Source: Candidatus Eiseniibacteriota bacterium (lineage in GTDB: Bacteria > Eisenbacteria > RBG-16-71-46 > JABDJR01). From it: 64,000 nucleotides of DNA. Numbering within the stretch: position 1 is the stretch's first letter; each line of letters starts with the position of its first letter. The stretch is from assembly GCA_963783375.1 (NCBI GenBank), contig CAWANH010000001.1:160001-224000 (forward strand), read 5' to 3'. A program made the translations under genes and the position numbers. Below the pieces are notes generated by a model. The model saw nothing but the letters and a program-made list of their open reading frames with translations, had not been told where the DNA came from and made no database searches. This document shows positions 9,882 through 19,899 of the stretch, one piece after another.

Positions 9882-10682
9882 TCATGCCTTTCCGTGAAGT
9901 CCCGATCCGACCACCGAACCCAGGACCGCGATCACCGCATCGTCCGAGGGTTCCATGCACTCCTCGATCCGCCCCGCGCCCAGCTCGCGAAGCCGGTGGG
10001 CGGTCACCGGCCCGATGGCCACCAGGACCGCGTCCTCGCGCCAGGCGCGGGCGCAATCCACGGCATCCCCGGAAAAGACCCGGCCCGGACCGGAAAAAAG
10101 GGCCTCGGCGGCCGACGGGCTGTGGAGGATCGCCGCCCCCGGAGCGGCGGCGCGGAGAAGGTCCAGGTCCTCGCCGGAGAGCCGGCGATCGGCGGTCTCA
10201 TAGACCTGGAACGCGCGCACGACGGCGCCGGCCGCGGCCAGTCCCTCGGGAAGCTCCCGGGTCGCGCTCCCCTTCCGGCTCCCGCCGGGAATCCAAACCG
10301 TCTTGCCCGCGAGGTCCTCGCCGGCGAAGCGATCCAGGAGCCCGACCGCGTTCTCGCGCTCGGGCACCAGATCCACGCTCCACCCCAGGGCCCGGGCGAC
10401 CTCCGCGGTGCGCCGTCCCACCGCCGCCGCCCGGATCGCCCGCCGTTCCTCCGCCGACCAGCCTACCGCTCCCATCGACGCTTCCAGGGAGCGCGCCGCG
10501 GTGCCGCTCACGAACACCAGCCAATCCGGCCGTTCCCCGCTCAGGGGCGGGGTGGGGATGACGGGTCGGGTCTCGAGGAGCGGGACCGCGATCACCGCGT
10601 ACCCGGCGTCCCGCACCGCGCGAGCGGTGGTCTCGCTTCCGGGACGGGGGCGCGTCACCCAGACCGAGGGCCCGACGCTCAC
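9882..10682 (-). CDS. hemD: uroporphyrinogen-III synthase
   Basis: [34 protein letters not shown]; start overlaps the hemC stop. Confidence 0.88.
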   Translation of the reverse strand: MSVGPSVWVTRPRPGSETTARAVRDAGYAVIAVPLLETRPVIPTPPLSGERPDWLVFVSGTAARSLEASMGAVGWSAEERRAIRAAAVGRRTAEVARALGWSVDLVPERENAVGLLDRFAGEDLAGKTVWIPGGSRKGSATRELPEGLAAAGAVVRAFQVYETADRRLSGEDLDLLRAAAPGAAILHSPSAAEALFSGPGRVFSGDAVDCARAWREDAVLVAIGPVTAHRLRELGAGRIEECMEPSDDAVIAVLGSVVGSGLHGKA

Positions 10683-11632
10683 CCCTCCTCCTCCGCCGAA
10701 CCGCGGATCGCGGCGAGGATCTCCATGGCCCCTCGGGCCTTGAGATCCTCGGCCAGCCGCCGGCCAACCGCCGCCGCCTCGGTTCGCGGCCCGCGGGCTT
10801 CCCCGCGCACGAGCTCCGAGCCGTCGATCGCCGCCACCAGACCGTCCAGGATCAACTCGTCCCCGTCGAGCCGGGCCAGGGCGGCCACCGGAACCTGACA
10901 GCCGCCCTCGAGCGCGGCCAACAGCGCCCGCTCCGCGTCGACCCGGTCCCGGGTGTCGCGGTCGTCCAGGGGGGAAAGGAGTTCCCGGGTGGCATCGTCA
11001 TCCCGGCCTTCCACCGCCAGCGCCCCCTGGCCGGGGGCGGGGAGGAACACCGAGGGCTCCAGGGCCTCGGTCACGTGGTCGGCGAGGCCCAGCCGCTTCA
11101 ACCCGGCCACGGCCAGGAACATCCCCGCCATGGTCCCCTCGCCGAATTTCCTGAGCCGGCTGTCCACGTTGCCGCGAATCGGCTCCACCACCGCCTCGGG
11201 GTGGCGGTGCATGACCTGGGCCATCCGCCGGAGCGACCCGGTGGCCACCGTCCCTCCCGCCGGCAGATCCCCGTACCGCAGCCCGTCCCGGCCGATCCAG
11301 GCGTCGCGGGGATCGAAGCGCGGGGGGTGGGCCCAGATCCGAAGCCCTCCCGGGAGCTCGGTGGGAAGGTCCTTCAAACTGTGGACGGCCAGATCCGCAT
11401 CGCCGGCGATCAGCGCGTCCTCGATCTCCTTGGTGAAGGCGCCCTTCCCTCCCAGGGCCTGGAGCGAGGCGGCCTGGAACCGGTCGCCGCTGGTCTTCAC
11501 CAGGTTCAGGTCCACCTCCAGACCGGGGTGGACCTCTCGGAGCCGCGCCGCCACCCATCGCGACTGCCAGAGCGCCAGATCGGACCCCCGGGTGGCGATC
11601 ACCACCCTACGACGCGTCATCATCGGCTTCAT
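10679..11632 (-). CDS. hemC: hydroxymethylbilane synthase
   Basis: IATRGSDLALWQ, GKGAFTKEIE, AVHSLKD, IRGNVDSRL, EGGCQVP. Confidence 0.96.
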   Translation of the reverse strand: MKPMMTRRRVVIATRGSDLALWQSRWVAARLREVHPGLEVDLNLVKTSGDRFQAASLQALGGKGAFTKEIEDALIAGDADLAVHSLKDLPTELPGGLRIWAHPPRFDPRDAWIGRDGLRYGDLPAGGTVATGSLRRMAQVMHRHPEAVVEPIRGNVDSRLRKFGEGTMAGMFLAVAGLKRLGLADHVTEALEPSVFLPAPGQGALAVEGRDDDATRELLSPLDDRDTRDRVDAERALLAALEGGCQVPVAALARLDGDELILDGLVAAIDGSELVRGEARGPRTEAAAVGRRLAEDLKARGAMEILAAIRGSAEEEG

Positions 11633-12902
11633 CCCCCGTCCCCGAGTCGAGGTGGAACACCCGGCGGAGGACGGCCAGGCGTTCGGCCTCCTCCGGGTCG
11701 TCGGCGTGATATTGCTTGATCTCGGTGGTGAGACCCATGAGTAGTTTGCGGACCAGGTTCCGGCTGAAGATGTCGAGCTGCTCCCGGTCCTTCTCCACGA
11801 AGCGCTTGGCGTTCCGGTCCAGCTCGGCGGCGCGGATCGCCTCGAAGGCGTGATGGAGGTCGCGGATCACCGGCCCGGCGTCGAGGCTCTTCCACCAGCG
11901 CATGAACTGCTCGACCTCGGCGTCCACCAGGCGCTCGACCTCGGGGATTTCCCCCTCCCGCCGCTCCTTGTTCTTGTCCACGATCACGTTCAACGCGTCC
12001 ATGTCGAAGCGGAACACGCTCTGGATCTCGTCCACCGCCGGGTCGACGTCGCGCGGCACCGCGATGTCCATGAGCACCAGCGCCTTTCCATCCCGGAGCT
12101 TCATGACGTCGCGCACCAGGTCGGGGCCGATCACTGCGGTGGGCGAGCCGGTGGTGGAGATCACGATGTCCACCCGGGCCATGGCTTCGTGAAGGCGGTC
12201 CATGGAGACCGTCTCCCCGCCGAGCTGGCCGGCCAGATGCTCCGCGTTCTCGAGGGTCCGATTGGCGATCAGGAGGGGCTGCACCTTGCGGGCGAGGAGA
12301 TGCTGGGCGCACAAGGCCCCGTTCTCCCCCGCTCCCACCAGGAGCGCGCCCCGTCCCTCCAGGCTCTGGAATACCTTCTCGGCCAGCTCCACCGCGGCGT
12401 AGGCCACCGACACCGCCCCCATGCCGATGTGGGTCTCGGTGCGGGCGCGCTTGCCCACGTGGAAAGCCCGGCTGGCCAGGCGATGGAGCAGGCTGCCCGC
12501 GGTGTCGGCGGCACGCGAGATCTCGTAGGCGATCTTGACCTGGCCCAGGATCTCCTGTTCGCCCAGGACCAGGGAATCCAGGCCGCAGGCCACCCGGAAG
12601 AAGTGCTGCACCGCCTCGTCGCCCTCGTGCTGGTAGAGGTAGCGGAGTCGGTCGCCGTTCCCCTGGGGAATCCGCTCCAGGAAGAGGCTCTCCACCATCC
12701 GGGGGAGCACGGTCTTGGGATCCGACACCAGCGCATAGACCTCGGTGCGGTTGCAGGTCGAGAGGAGGAGGGCCTGGGGGACGTGCTCCGTCTCCCGGAG
12801 CCGCCTCAGCACCGACACCGCCTCGTCCCGCGAATAGACCATTTGCTCCCGCACCGGGAGCGGCGCCGTCCGATGGTTGAGTCCCAACAGGATCAGTCCC
12901 AT
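11607..12902 (-). CDS. hemA: glutamyl-tRNA reductase
   Basis: GLNHRTAP, LSTCNRTE, GLDSLVLGEQEILGQVK, GAGENG, DIAVPRD. Confidence 0.96.
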   Translation of the reverse strand: MGLILLGLNHRTAPLPVREQMVYSRDEAVSVLRRLRETEHVPQALLLSTCNRTEVYALVSDPKTVLPRMVESLFLERIPQGNGDRLRYLYQHEGDEAVQHFFRVACGLDSLVLGEQEILGQVKIAYEISRAADTAGSLLHRLASRAFHVGKRARTETHIGMGAVSVAYAAVELAEKVFQSLEGRGALLVGAGENGALCAQHLLARKVQPLLIANRTLENAEHLAGQLGGETVSMDRLHEAMARVDIVISTTGSPTAVIGPDLVRDVMKLRDGKALVLMDIAVPRDVDPAVDEIQSVFRFDMDALNVIVDKNKERREGEIPEVERLVDAEVEQFMRWWKSLDAGPVIRDLHHAFEAIRAAELDRNAKRFVEKDREQLDIFSRNLVRKLLMGLTTEIKQYHADDPEEAERLAVLRRVFHLDSGTGDEADDDAS

Positions 12903-12914
12903 CTCACACCCGCC

Positions 12915-13748
12915 TCAGCTCACGAAAACGTGGAACTTCGTGAGGAAGAAGTTGACCGCGAACATGGAGAACAACACGAACACGAAACCGAAGAGGGAGG
13001 AGTAGGCCATGCGCGGGCCCCTCCAGGATGTGACGTGGCGCCCCAGGATGGCCAGCCCGTAGAGCACCCAGGTGCCGACCGCCACCAGAACCTTGGGGTC
13101 GGGGTGGACGGCGCCGAAGACGTGGCTGCTCCAGATCGCGCCCAGGATGATGGCCAGGGTGAGGAGCGCGAAGCCCGCCACCGAGGCGTAGTAGTTCATC
13201 CGGTCCAGGATGTCCAGGGAGGGCAGCCGCCGGAAGATGAGCCCGAAGGTCTTCTTCCGGATCGAGCGGTACTGGAGGAGATAGAGAAGGCCGTAGACCG
13301 CGGCCACCGCGAACGCCGAATACCCCAGGACCGCCGCCGACACGTGGAAGCTGAAGATGGTGCTCCGGAGGATGTCCGGCACGTAGGGGTCGAGCTTGGG
13401 GAAGAGCGTGTTCAGTATCTGGAAGATCAGGACCAGGAGAAGGATGAAAGGTCCGGTGTAGGGCGTCTTGGTCCGGGCCTCGACCCAGAGATAGGTGGCG
13501 GCCACCGCGAAGCCCACCGCCCCCAGCACCTGGAAGACCGTCACCATGGGAATGTGCTCGAAGAACACGGTGAAGCCGAGAAAGTACGCCATGTTGGCGA
13601 TCACCGCCGACCACAGGATGGGCCGGGCCAACCGCCGCACGGTGTCGTCCTCGGAGAAGAAGACCAGGAGGTAGTTGAAGAACGCCACCCCGTAGAGAAC
13701 GGGCAGGAGTTCCAACAGGATGTTCAGAACCAGCTTGGTGTCGATCAT
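12915..13748 (-). CDS. CcsA/HemX-family membrane protein
   Basis: About 8 TMs, FHV, LPSLDILD, DPKV, C-terminal His; directly upstream of hemA. Confidence 0.8.
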   Translation of the reverse strand: MIDTKLVLNILLELLPVLYGVAFFNYLLVFFSEDDTVRRLARPILWSAVIANMAYFLGFTVFFEHIPMVTVFQVLGAVGFAVAATYLWVEARTKTPYTGPFILLLVLIFQILNTLFPKLDPYVPDILRSTIFSFHVSAAVLGYSAFAVAAVYGLLYLLQYRSIRKKTFGLIFRRLPSLDILDRMNYYASVAGFALLTLAIILGAIWSSHVFGAVHPDPKVLVAVGTWVLYGLAILGRHVTSWRGPRMAYSSLFGFVFVLFSMFAVNFFLTKFHVFVS

Positions 13749-13779
13749 GCGCGTTCACGTCTCCGAGCGCCGGGGGCGC

Positions 13780-15153
13780 TCACGACCGCTCCCGGCCGCG
13801 GCGCGAGTCCCAGGTCTCTCCGCCCCGCCAGGGAACCGGCCCCTCCGCGGTCACCAGATGCTTGATCAGGGCGCGGGCGGGGGGCGCGGACGCCTCCACC
13901 CGGTAGGCCCGACCCACGAACTCGCTCGCCGCCCGCCGTCCCGAGGCCTCGGAGGAGGCGAGCACCCGGGCCAGGACGTCCCCCCGCTCCACCCGATCCC
14001 CGTATCGCCGATCCAGAAGAATTCCCACCGCGGGATCCACGCGGTCCTCGGCCTTCCGTCGGCCGCCTCCCAGCTCCACCACCGCCTCGCCGATCGCGAA
14101 GGGATCGATGTCGGTGACGTACCCGCCGGCGGGGGCGGGCACCGGAACCTCGAAGGGGGCGGCGGGAAGCCGTGAGGGATCGTCGACCGCCCCACCGTCT
14201 CCCCCCTGGGCCTCCACCATGGCCCGGAACCGCGCGAGCCCGGAGCCGTCGGCCACCGCGGCGGCGATCCGCGCCTCGGCGTCGGCCCAGTTCGAAGCCT
14301 TGCCTCCCAGGAGCAACATGGCCGGGCCGAGGGTCCCGACCAGCTCCACGATGTCCGCGGGACCGCGTCCGGCCAGGACGTCGAGGGCCGCGCGCACCTC
14401 CACCGCGTTCCCCACCGCCGCGCCGAGGGGGAGATCCATGTCGGTGATGAACGCGACCACCCGCTTCCCCATCAGGGTTCCGACCCGGGTGAGCTCTTCG
14501 GCCAGCCGGAGCGCGTCCCTCTCGGTCTTCATGAACGCGCCCCGCCCGCACTTCACGTCGAGGACCAGGGCGTCGATCCCCTCCGCCACCTTCTTGGAGA
14601 GGATGCTGCTCACGATCAGGGGAATCGACTCCACGGTGGCGGTGACGTCGCGAAGCGCGTACATGCGCCGGTCGGCCGGAGCCAGGGACTCGGTCTGCCC
14701 GCCCATGACGAAGCCGACCTCGGCCAGCACCGCGCGGAACCGCCCGGCGTCGAGATCGGTACGGAGCCCCGGAATGCTCTCCAGCTTGTCCAGGGTCCCG
14801 CCGGTGTGCCCCAGCCCGCGACCCGAGATCATCGGCACCGGCACCCCCGCCGCCGCGGCCAGGGGGGCCAGGGGAAGGGAGATCAGGTCGCCCACGCCGC
14901 CGGTGGAGTGCTTGTCCACCTTGAGACCGGCCACCTCGGGGAAGGACAGCACCTCCCCGGTCTCCACCATCACCCGGGTGAGGGTGGCGGTCTCCCGGGC
15001 CGACATACCCCGGAAGAAGACCGCCATCAGGAACGCGCTCATCTGGTACGGGGCCACCTCGCCGGAGAGGAACCCGGTCAGGAATCCGGTGATCTCCCGA
15101 TCGGGCAGCTCGATCCCGTCGCGCTTGGAGCGGATCACCGCGCTGGGGTTCAC
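13780..15153 (-). CDS. pdp: pyrimidine-nucleoside/thymidine phosphorylase
   Basis: C-terminal half of track ORF 13780..16515 from GTG 15153: KRDG, VDKHSTGGVGD, SGRGLGHTGGTLDKLESIPG, YALRDVTATV; GTGA overlap with hemY. Confidence 0.93.
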   Translation of the reverse strand: MNPSAVIRSKRDGIELPDREITGFLTGFLSGEVAPYQMSAFLMAVFFRGMSARETATLTRVMVETGEVLSFPEVAGLKVDKHSTGGVGDLISLPLAPLAAAAGVPVPMISGRGLGHTGGTLDKLESIPGLRTDLDAGRFRAVLAEVGFVMGGQTESLAPADRRMYALRDVTATVESIPLIVSSILSKKVAEGIDALVLDVKCGRGAFMKTERDALRLAEELTRVGTLMGKRVVAFITDMDLPLGAAVGNAVEVRAALDVLAGRGPADIVELVGTLGPAMLLLGGKASNWADAEARIAAAVADGSGLARFRAMVEAQGGDGGAVDDPSRLPAAPFEVPVPAPAGGYVTDIDPFAIGEAVVELGGGRRKAEDRVDPAVGILLDRRYGDRVERGDVLARVLASSEASGRRAASEFVGRAYRVEASAPPARALIKHLVTAEGPVPWRGGETWDSRRGRERS

Positions 15154-16682
15154 GGCCGCGCCTCCGAGGGCTTCCGTCCCTCGACCGCGGGCGATCCGGC
15201 CGCGGTCAGGCGTTCGGCCAGTTCCCGGGCCTCGCGCACGCAATCGTTCACCCCGATCCCCCGGTAGGCGTTGCCGGCCAGGTGGAGCCCCGGGAGGGCG
15301 GCCAGGTCCTCCCCGATCGCCCGGAGCCGCTCGGGGTGGCCGAGGACGTACTGGGGAATCCCCTTGGCGTGGCGATAGAGACGCACCTCGGCCGGCCGGT
15401 TCTTGATCCCGCCCAGCATCCGGTCTAGCTCCCCGTGAACCAGGTCCACCGTGCGTCCCTCGGAAAGGATGGCGCCTTCGGGGTCGCGCGCGCCCCCCAC
15501 CATGGCCCTCAGGAGAACGTGGTCTCCGTGGACGTGGGGAGGAAAGATGCTGCCGGTCCAGATGCACCCGAGGATTCTCGGCCCCTGTCCCCGCGGGACC
15601 AGGAAGCCGAACCCGTCCAGAGGGTGGGCGACGTGGCTCCGGGGGTAGATGAGGCAGGCGACGGTGATGCCGGCGTAGGGAATCTCGTCCAGCCGCCAGG
15701 CCAGACGGGGAGCAGCGTCCTTGAGGATCGCCGCCGCGACGTGGGACGGCACCGCCATCACCACGTTCCGGGCGGACACGCTCCGCGCTCCGCCCCGGGA
15801 CTCCAGATCCACCCGGTAGCCGTCCGCAATCGGGGTGAGGCCGGTCACCCGGGTCCCGGTGAAGAGCCTCGACCCCAGGATCTCGGCCAGGCGCCGGATC
15901 AGCACCTCCATCCCCTCGTCGAACGAGGTGAGCGCCCCGCCCGGGCCCATGGGTCCGCCCCCCGCCGCCGGGGTCGCCCTCCGCGCCTTCTTCCGCTCCC
16001 GCATGAGGGCGATCATCGCCCGCACCAGGCTTCCGTACCGGGCCTCCATCGCCGCCATCTTGGGGAACGCGGCCTCGAGGCTCAGGTTCTCCGGATCTCC
16101 GGCGTAGATCCCCGAAACCATGGCGTCCACCAGGACGGAGGCCGCCTCGGGGCCGATCCGCCGCGACGCGAAGGAGTACACGCTCTCGTCCCCCGCCGCC
16201 GACCTCTTGGGCATGAACGGCTCGAGCAGCACCCGGAGCCGGCCGCGAACGCTCAGAAGATCGCTCCGGAAGAACGCGCCCGGCTTCATGGGGAGGGGCT
16301 TCAGGCCCCCCTTCACCCAGAGCAGGCGCTTCTCGGCGTTGGGGTGGGCGGGAAGGAGACGCTCGGCCAGACCGAGATCCACCGCCAGGTCCCAGGTGTC
16401 GGGGACGTTGGTGAGGAAACCGTTGGGTCCCCACTCGCAGAGACAACCCGCGGCGCGGTCGGAGCGCATGGTCCCGCCGGCGCGGTCCTCGGCCTCGATC
16501 ACCGCCACCGACCACTCGGGACGGCGGAGCAGGGCCTCGCGGGCGGCGGCCAGGCCCGACACGCCTCCCCCCACCACCAGCAGGTCCAGGTCGGGACGAG
16601 GGGTCACCCCCCCCCGGGGGGCGGCGGTAGCCGCTCCGGGACGCCGTCCGCCGTTGCCGTTTCCCAGCACGTGGTCGGTCAC
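15150..16682 (-). CDS. hemY: HemY-type protoporphyrinogen/coproporphyrinogen oxidase
   Basis: VGGGVSGL, EWGPNGF, SGIYAGD, GFGFLVP, IPQY, GNAYRGIGVNDC. Confidence 0.92.
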   Translation of the reverse strand: MTDHVLGNGNGGRRPGAATAAPRGGVTPRPDLDLLVVGGGVSGLAAAREALLRRPEWSVAVIEAEDRAGGTMRSDRAAGCLCEWGPNGFLTNVPDTWDLAVDLGLAERLLPAHPNAEKRLLWVKGGLKPLPMKPGAFFRSDLLSVRGRLRVLLEPFMPKRSAAGDESVYSFASRRIGPEAASVLVDAMVSGIYAGDPENLSLEAAFPKMAAMEARYGSLVRAMIALMRERKKARRATPAAGGGPMGPGGALTSFDEGMEVLIRRLAEILGSRLFTGTRVTGLTPIADGYRVDLESRGGARSVSARNVVMAVPSHVAAAILKDAAPRLAWRLDEIPYAGITVACLIYPRSHVAHPLDGFGFLVPRGQGPRILGCIWTGSIFPPHVHGDHVLLRAMVGGARDPEGAILSEGRTVDLVHGELDRMLGGIKNRPAEVRLYRHAKGIPQYVLGHPERLRAIGEDLAALPGLHLAGNAYRGIGVNDCVREARELAERLTAAGSPAVEGRKPSEARP

Positions 16683-16691
16683 GGGGCCTCG

Positions 16692-18086
16692 CTATACCGT
16701 CCTCGAGAAGATCGGCTTCTTCCCGGACGCCTGCTTCAGGTATCGGTCATAGACCATGACGATGTTGCGGATGAACAGCTGACCCTTGGGAAGGATCCGC
16801 ATCTTCCGCCCGTCGCGCTCGTAGAAATCCGCGTCCACCGTCTCGGCCAGCTCGCGGTTCTCGGCCGCGAAATAGGTATCGAAGTCCACCCCGAACCGCT
16901 CCTTCACCATGTCGAGGTCGAGCTCGAAGTTGCACATCAGGGAATGGATGACGGTGCGGCGCAGACGGTCGTCGTCGTCGAGAACGAACCCCTTCTCCAC
17001 CGGATACTCGTCCGCATCGAGCGCGCGGTAGTAGTCGGAGAGCTTCTTCACGTTTTGCACGTACGCCCCGTCCACCTCGCCGATGGCCGAGATCCCGAAG
17101 GCGACCAGATCGGGGGCCGCCTTCACCGTGTAGCCCATGAAGTTCCGGGTCAGGTCCCCGGTGAGACGGGCGCGGGCCAGCTCGTCGTCGGGGCGGGCGA
17201 AGTGGTCCATCCCGATCTGCAGGTAGCCGGCGGCGGTGAACGCATCGATGGCGGAGGCGAAGAGCGCGAACTTGGTCTCCCGGTCCGGGAGCTCCCCCTC
17301 GTCGATCCGGCGCTGGTTGGGCCGGATCCACGGCACGTGGGCGTAGGAGTAGACCGCGGCCCGTCCCGGCCGGAGAGCCAGGACCTCGTCCAGGTTCTTC
17401 CGGAACCCCTCCACCGTCTGCCGGGGCAGTCCGTAGACCAAGTCCACGTTCACGTCCTCGATCCCCACCGCCCTGGCGTGCCGGTGCAGGGCCAGGGTCT
17501 GCTCCCGGGTCTGCTCCCGGCCGATGGCCGTCTGCACTTCGGGGGTGAAATCCTGGACCCCCATGCTCAAGCGGTTGAACCCCAGCGCGGCCAGGGTGTC
17601 CACGTGTTCGGCGGTGGTCACCCGGGGATCGACCTCGATGGCCACCTCGGCCTCGGGAAGGAGGTGGAAGTGGGTGGTGAGGGTCCCCATGAGCTCGCGC
17701 ATCTGGTCCGGGGTCAGGTGCGTCGGGGTGCCCCCGCCCCAGTGGAGCTGGAGCACGCTGTTCCGCTTTCCCAGGGCGCCGGCCACCTTGACGATCTCGC
17801 GGTTCAGCCGGTCCAGGTAGCCTCGTACCACGTCCTCACGCCGGGTGATCACCACGTGACAGCCGCAGAAGTGGCAGCGATGTTCACAGAAGGGGACGTG
17901 GACGTAGAGGGAGAGCGGATCTTCGGGGCGGGCGGCGGCCCGGGCCAGCCGCTCCGCGTAGTCCGAGGCCCCGAAGGCCCCGGAGAATTCCGGAGCGGTG
18001 GGGTAGCTGGTGTAGCGGGGACCGGGCCGATCGTAGCGGGCCAGGAGCTCGCCGGTGGCCTGGAATGCGTGGCTGTCTTCGCTCAT
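16692..18086 (-). CDS. hemN: oxygen-independent coproporphyrinogen III oxidase (radical SAM)
   Basis: GPRYTSYPTA, CEHRCHFCGC, WGGGTPT, IGMDHFA, RNFMGYT, FSRTV. Confidence 0.95.
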   Translation of the reverse strand: MSEDSHAFQATGELLARYDRPGPRYTSYPTAPEFSGAFGASDYAERLARAAARPEDPLSLYVHVPFCEHRCHFCGCHVVITRREDVVRGYLDRLNREIVKVAGALGKRNSVLQLHWGGGTPTHLTPDQMRELMGTLTTHFHLLPEAEVAIEVDPRVTTAEHVDTLAALGFNRLSMGVQDFTPEVQTAIGREQTREQTLALHRHARAVGIEDVNVDLVYGLPRQTVEGFRKNLDEVLALRPGRAAVYSYAHVPWIRPNQRRIDEGELPDRETKFALFASAIDAFTAAGYLQIGMDHFARPDDELARARLTGDLTRNFMGYTVKAAPDLVAFGISAIGEVDGAYVQNVKKLSDYYRALDADEYPVEKGFVLDDDDRLRRTVIHSLMCNFELDLDMVKERFGVDFDTYFAAENRELAETVDADFYERDGRKMRILPKGQLFIRNIVMVYDRYLKQASGKKPIFSRTV

Positions 18087-19210
18087 TGGGTTTCCCCCGT
18101 GGTGGCGTGGTTGGCCTCGGTCTCCCGGCCGACCCTGAGGCGTCGGCCCTCCTCGTGGACGAAGCGAACCAGCTCGGCCACCGCTTCCACGGGAACGTCG
18201 GGGGTGATGCCGTGGCCGAGGTTGAAGACGTGGGGGGTCTCGGGTCCCGCCTCCTCGAGAATCTCCCCGGCCCGGGCCTGGATGATCGGGACGGGGGCGA
18301 GAAGGAGCGCGGGATCGAGGTTCCCCTGGAGCGGACGGTGCCGTCCGAGCCGGCGCCTCGCGTCGCCCAGGGTGACCCGCCAGTCGATGCCCAGGACGTC
18401 GGCCCCGGTCTCGTCCATGAGCTCGAGAATCCCCCCGGTGCCGTTGCCGTAGAGAATCACCGGCACCCCGTCGGTGCTCACGCTCTCCACCACCCGGCGG
18501 ACGTGGGGAAGGACGTTCTCCGCGTAGTCCCTGGGGGAGAGGAGGCCGGCCCAGGTGTCGAAGAGCTGGACCGCCTGGGCCCCCGCCTCGATCTGGGCCT
18601 TGAGGTAATCGGAAACGACCAGGGTCAGCTTCTCCATGAGGGAGTGGAAGAGAACCGGCTCCTGGTACATGAGGGTCTTCAGCCGTGAGAAATTCTTGGA
18701 CCCCTGCCCTTCCACCATGTAAGCGGCCATGGTAAACGGCGCGCCGGCGAAGCCGATGAGCGCCACGGTGGGAGGAAGCTCCCGGCGCACGCGCCGGATG
18801 GTGTCCAGCACGAAGTCCAGGTCGCGGGTGGGGTCGATGCGTTTCAGCGCCCGGATGTCCTCGGCCGAGCCGACGGGCCGGGCGATGACCGGGCCGGGGC
18901 TGAACGCGACCTCCAACCCCATCGGCTCCAACGGGGTCAGGATGTCGGAAAAGAGGATGGCCGCATCGAGCCCGAATCGCCGGATGGGTTGCAGGGTCAC
19001 CTCGGTGGCCAGCTCGGGGGTGCGACAGAGGGTGAGGAAATCCACCTTCTCCCGAACCCGCCGGTATTCCGGGAGATAGCGCCCGGCCTGGCGCATGATC
19101 CAGATGGGAGTGGTCTCCACCTGGTCCCCGCGAATGGCGCGCAGGAAGAGCGGGTCGAGATCCTCGGGGGCGCGGGTGATGCCGGGGCTGCCGGAATGTT
19201 CGCTGGTCAT
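18083..19210 (-). CDS. hemE: uroporphyrinogen decarboxylase
   Basis: PIWIMRQAGRYLPEY, LFSDIL, IGFAGAPFT, QGNLDP, FNLGHG. Confidence 0.96.
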   Translation of the reverse strand: MTSEHSGSPGITRAPEDLDPLFLRAIRGDQVETTPIWIMRQAGRYLPEYRRVREKVDFLTLCRTPELATEVTLQPIRRFGLDAAILFSDILTPLEPMGLEVAFSPGPVIARPVGSAEDIRALKRIDPTRDLDFVLDTIRRVRRELPPTVALIGFAGAPFTMAAYMVEGQGSKNFSRLKTLMYQEPVLFHSLMEKLTLVVSDYLKAQIEAGAQAVQLFDTWAGLLSPRDYAENVLPHVRRVVESVSTDGVPVILYGNGTGGILELMDETGADVLGIDWRVTLGDARRRLGRHRPLQGNLDPALLLAPVPIIQARAGEILEEAGPETPHVFNLGHGITPDVPVEAVAELVRFVHEEGRRLRVGRETEANHATTGETQ

Positions 19211-19367
19211 GGTTCCTTCACGAGAGATGGTGATTCCAGCCACCTATTCTAGCCGGGGGCGGACAACCTGTGCCATTCATAGTCCAGATGAGACATATCG
19301 TTTCACCGTCGGGAACCGCATCCGCGGCAAGGGGTTGGGCGGCCGGAGGGCGGGAGTCGGCGACCCC

Positions 19368-19781
19368 TCAGGACCTCCAATCCCCCTCGAAGGCGTCGGG
19401 AAGGAGATCGTGGGGGGAGGCCCAGGTCTGCTTCACCCCGTCCTGGTCCCCGAACACCACCCGCGCGCGGGGGGCCAGCTCGAGGATCACCTGCCGGCAG
19501 GCCCCGCAGGGCGTGGTCACCTTGGGGTGGTTGGAGGTGAGGACCAGGGTTTCGATCTCCCCGCTTCCGTGGGCCACGGCGTTGAACAGGGCCACCCGCT
19601 CCGCGCAGATCGTGAGCCCCAGGCTCGCGTTCTCCACGTTGCACCCCGGGTAGATCTGGCCGTCCCCGGCGACCGCCACCGCTCCCACCTTCACCTCCGA
19701 GTAGGGGCTCCGGGCCTGATCCATGGCCAGACGGGCCATCCGCAACAACTCATCGTCTCGTTTCTTCTCGCTCACGGGCAC
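19368..19781 (-). CDS. cdd: cytidine deaminase
   Basis: SPYS, GCNVENAS, CAER, PCGACRQ. Confidence 0.92.
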   Translation of the reverse strand: MPVSEKKRDDELLRMARLAMDQARSPYSEVKVGAVAVAGDGQIYPGCNVENASLGLTICAERVALFNAVAHGSGEIETLVLTSNHPKVTTPCGACRQVILELAPRARVVFGDQDGVKQTWASPHDLLPDAFEGDWRS

Positions 19782-19899
19782 CTCGCTGGTTGAGCACGCG
19801 CCGCCGCACCGGCCTCCGGCCGAGCCGGGCCCCTGACTCTAGCACGGGTTCTCCCTGCGGCCCGGATCGTGGCCGCCGGCTGTGCTATCGTCGGGCCCC

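Noticed and set aside
15154-16515. N-terminal half of the 911-aa ORF 13780..16515, suggesting a pdp fusion
   Set aside because: An Arg/Gly/Pro-rich alternative frame overlapping hemY; pdp starts at GTG 15153 in a GTGA overlap.
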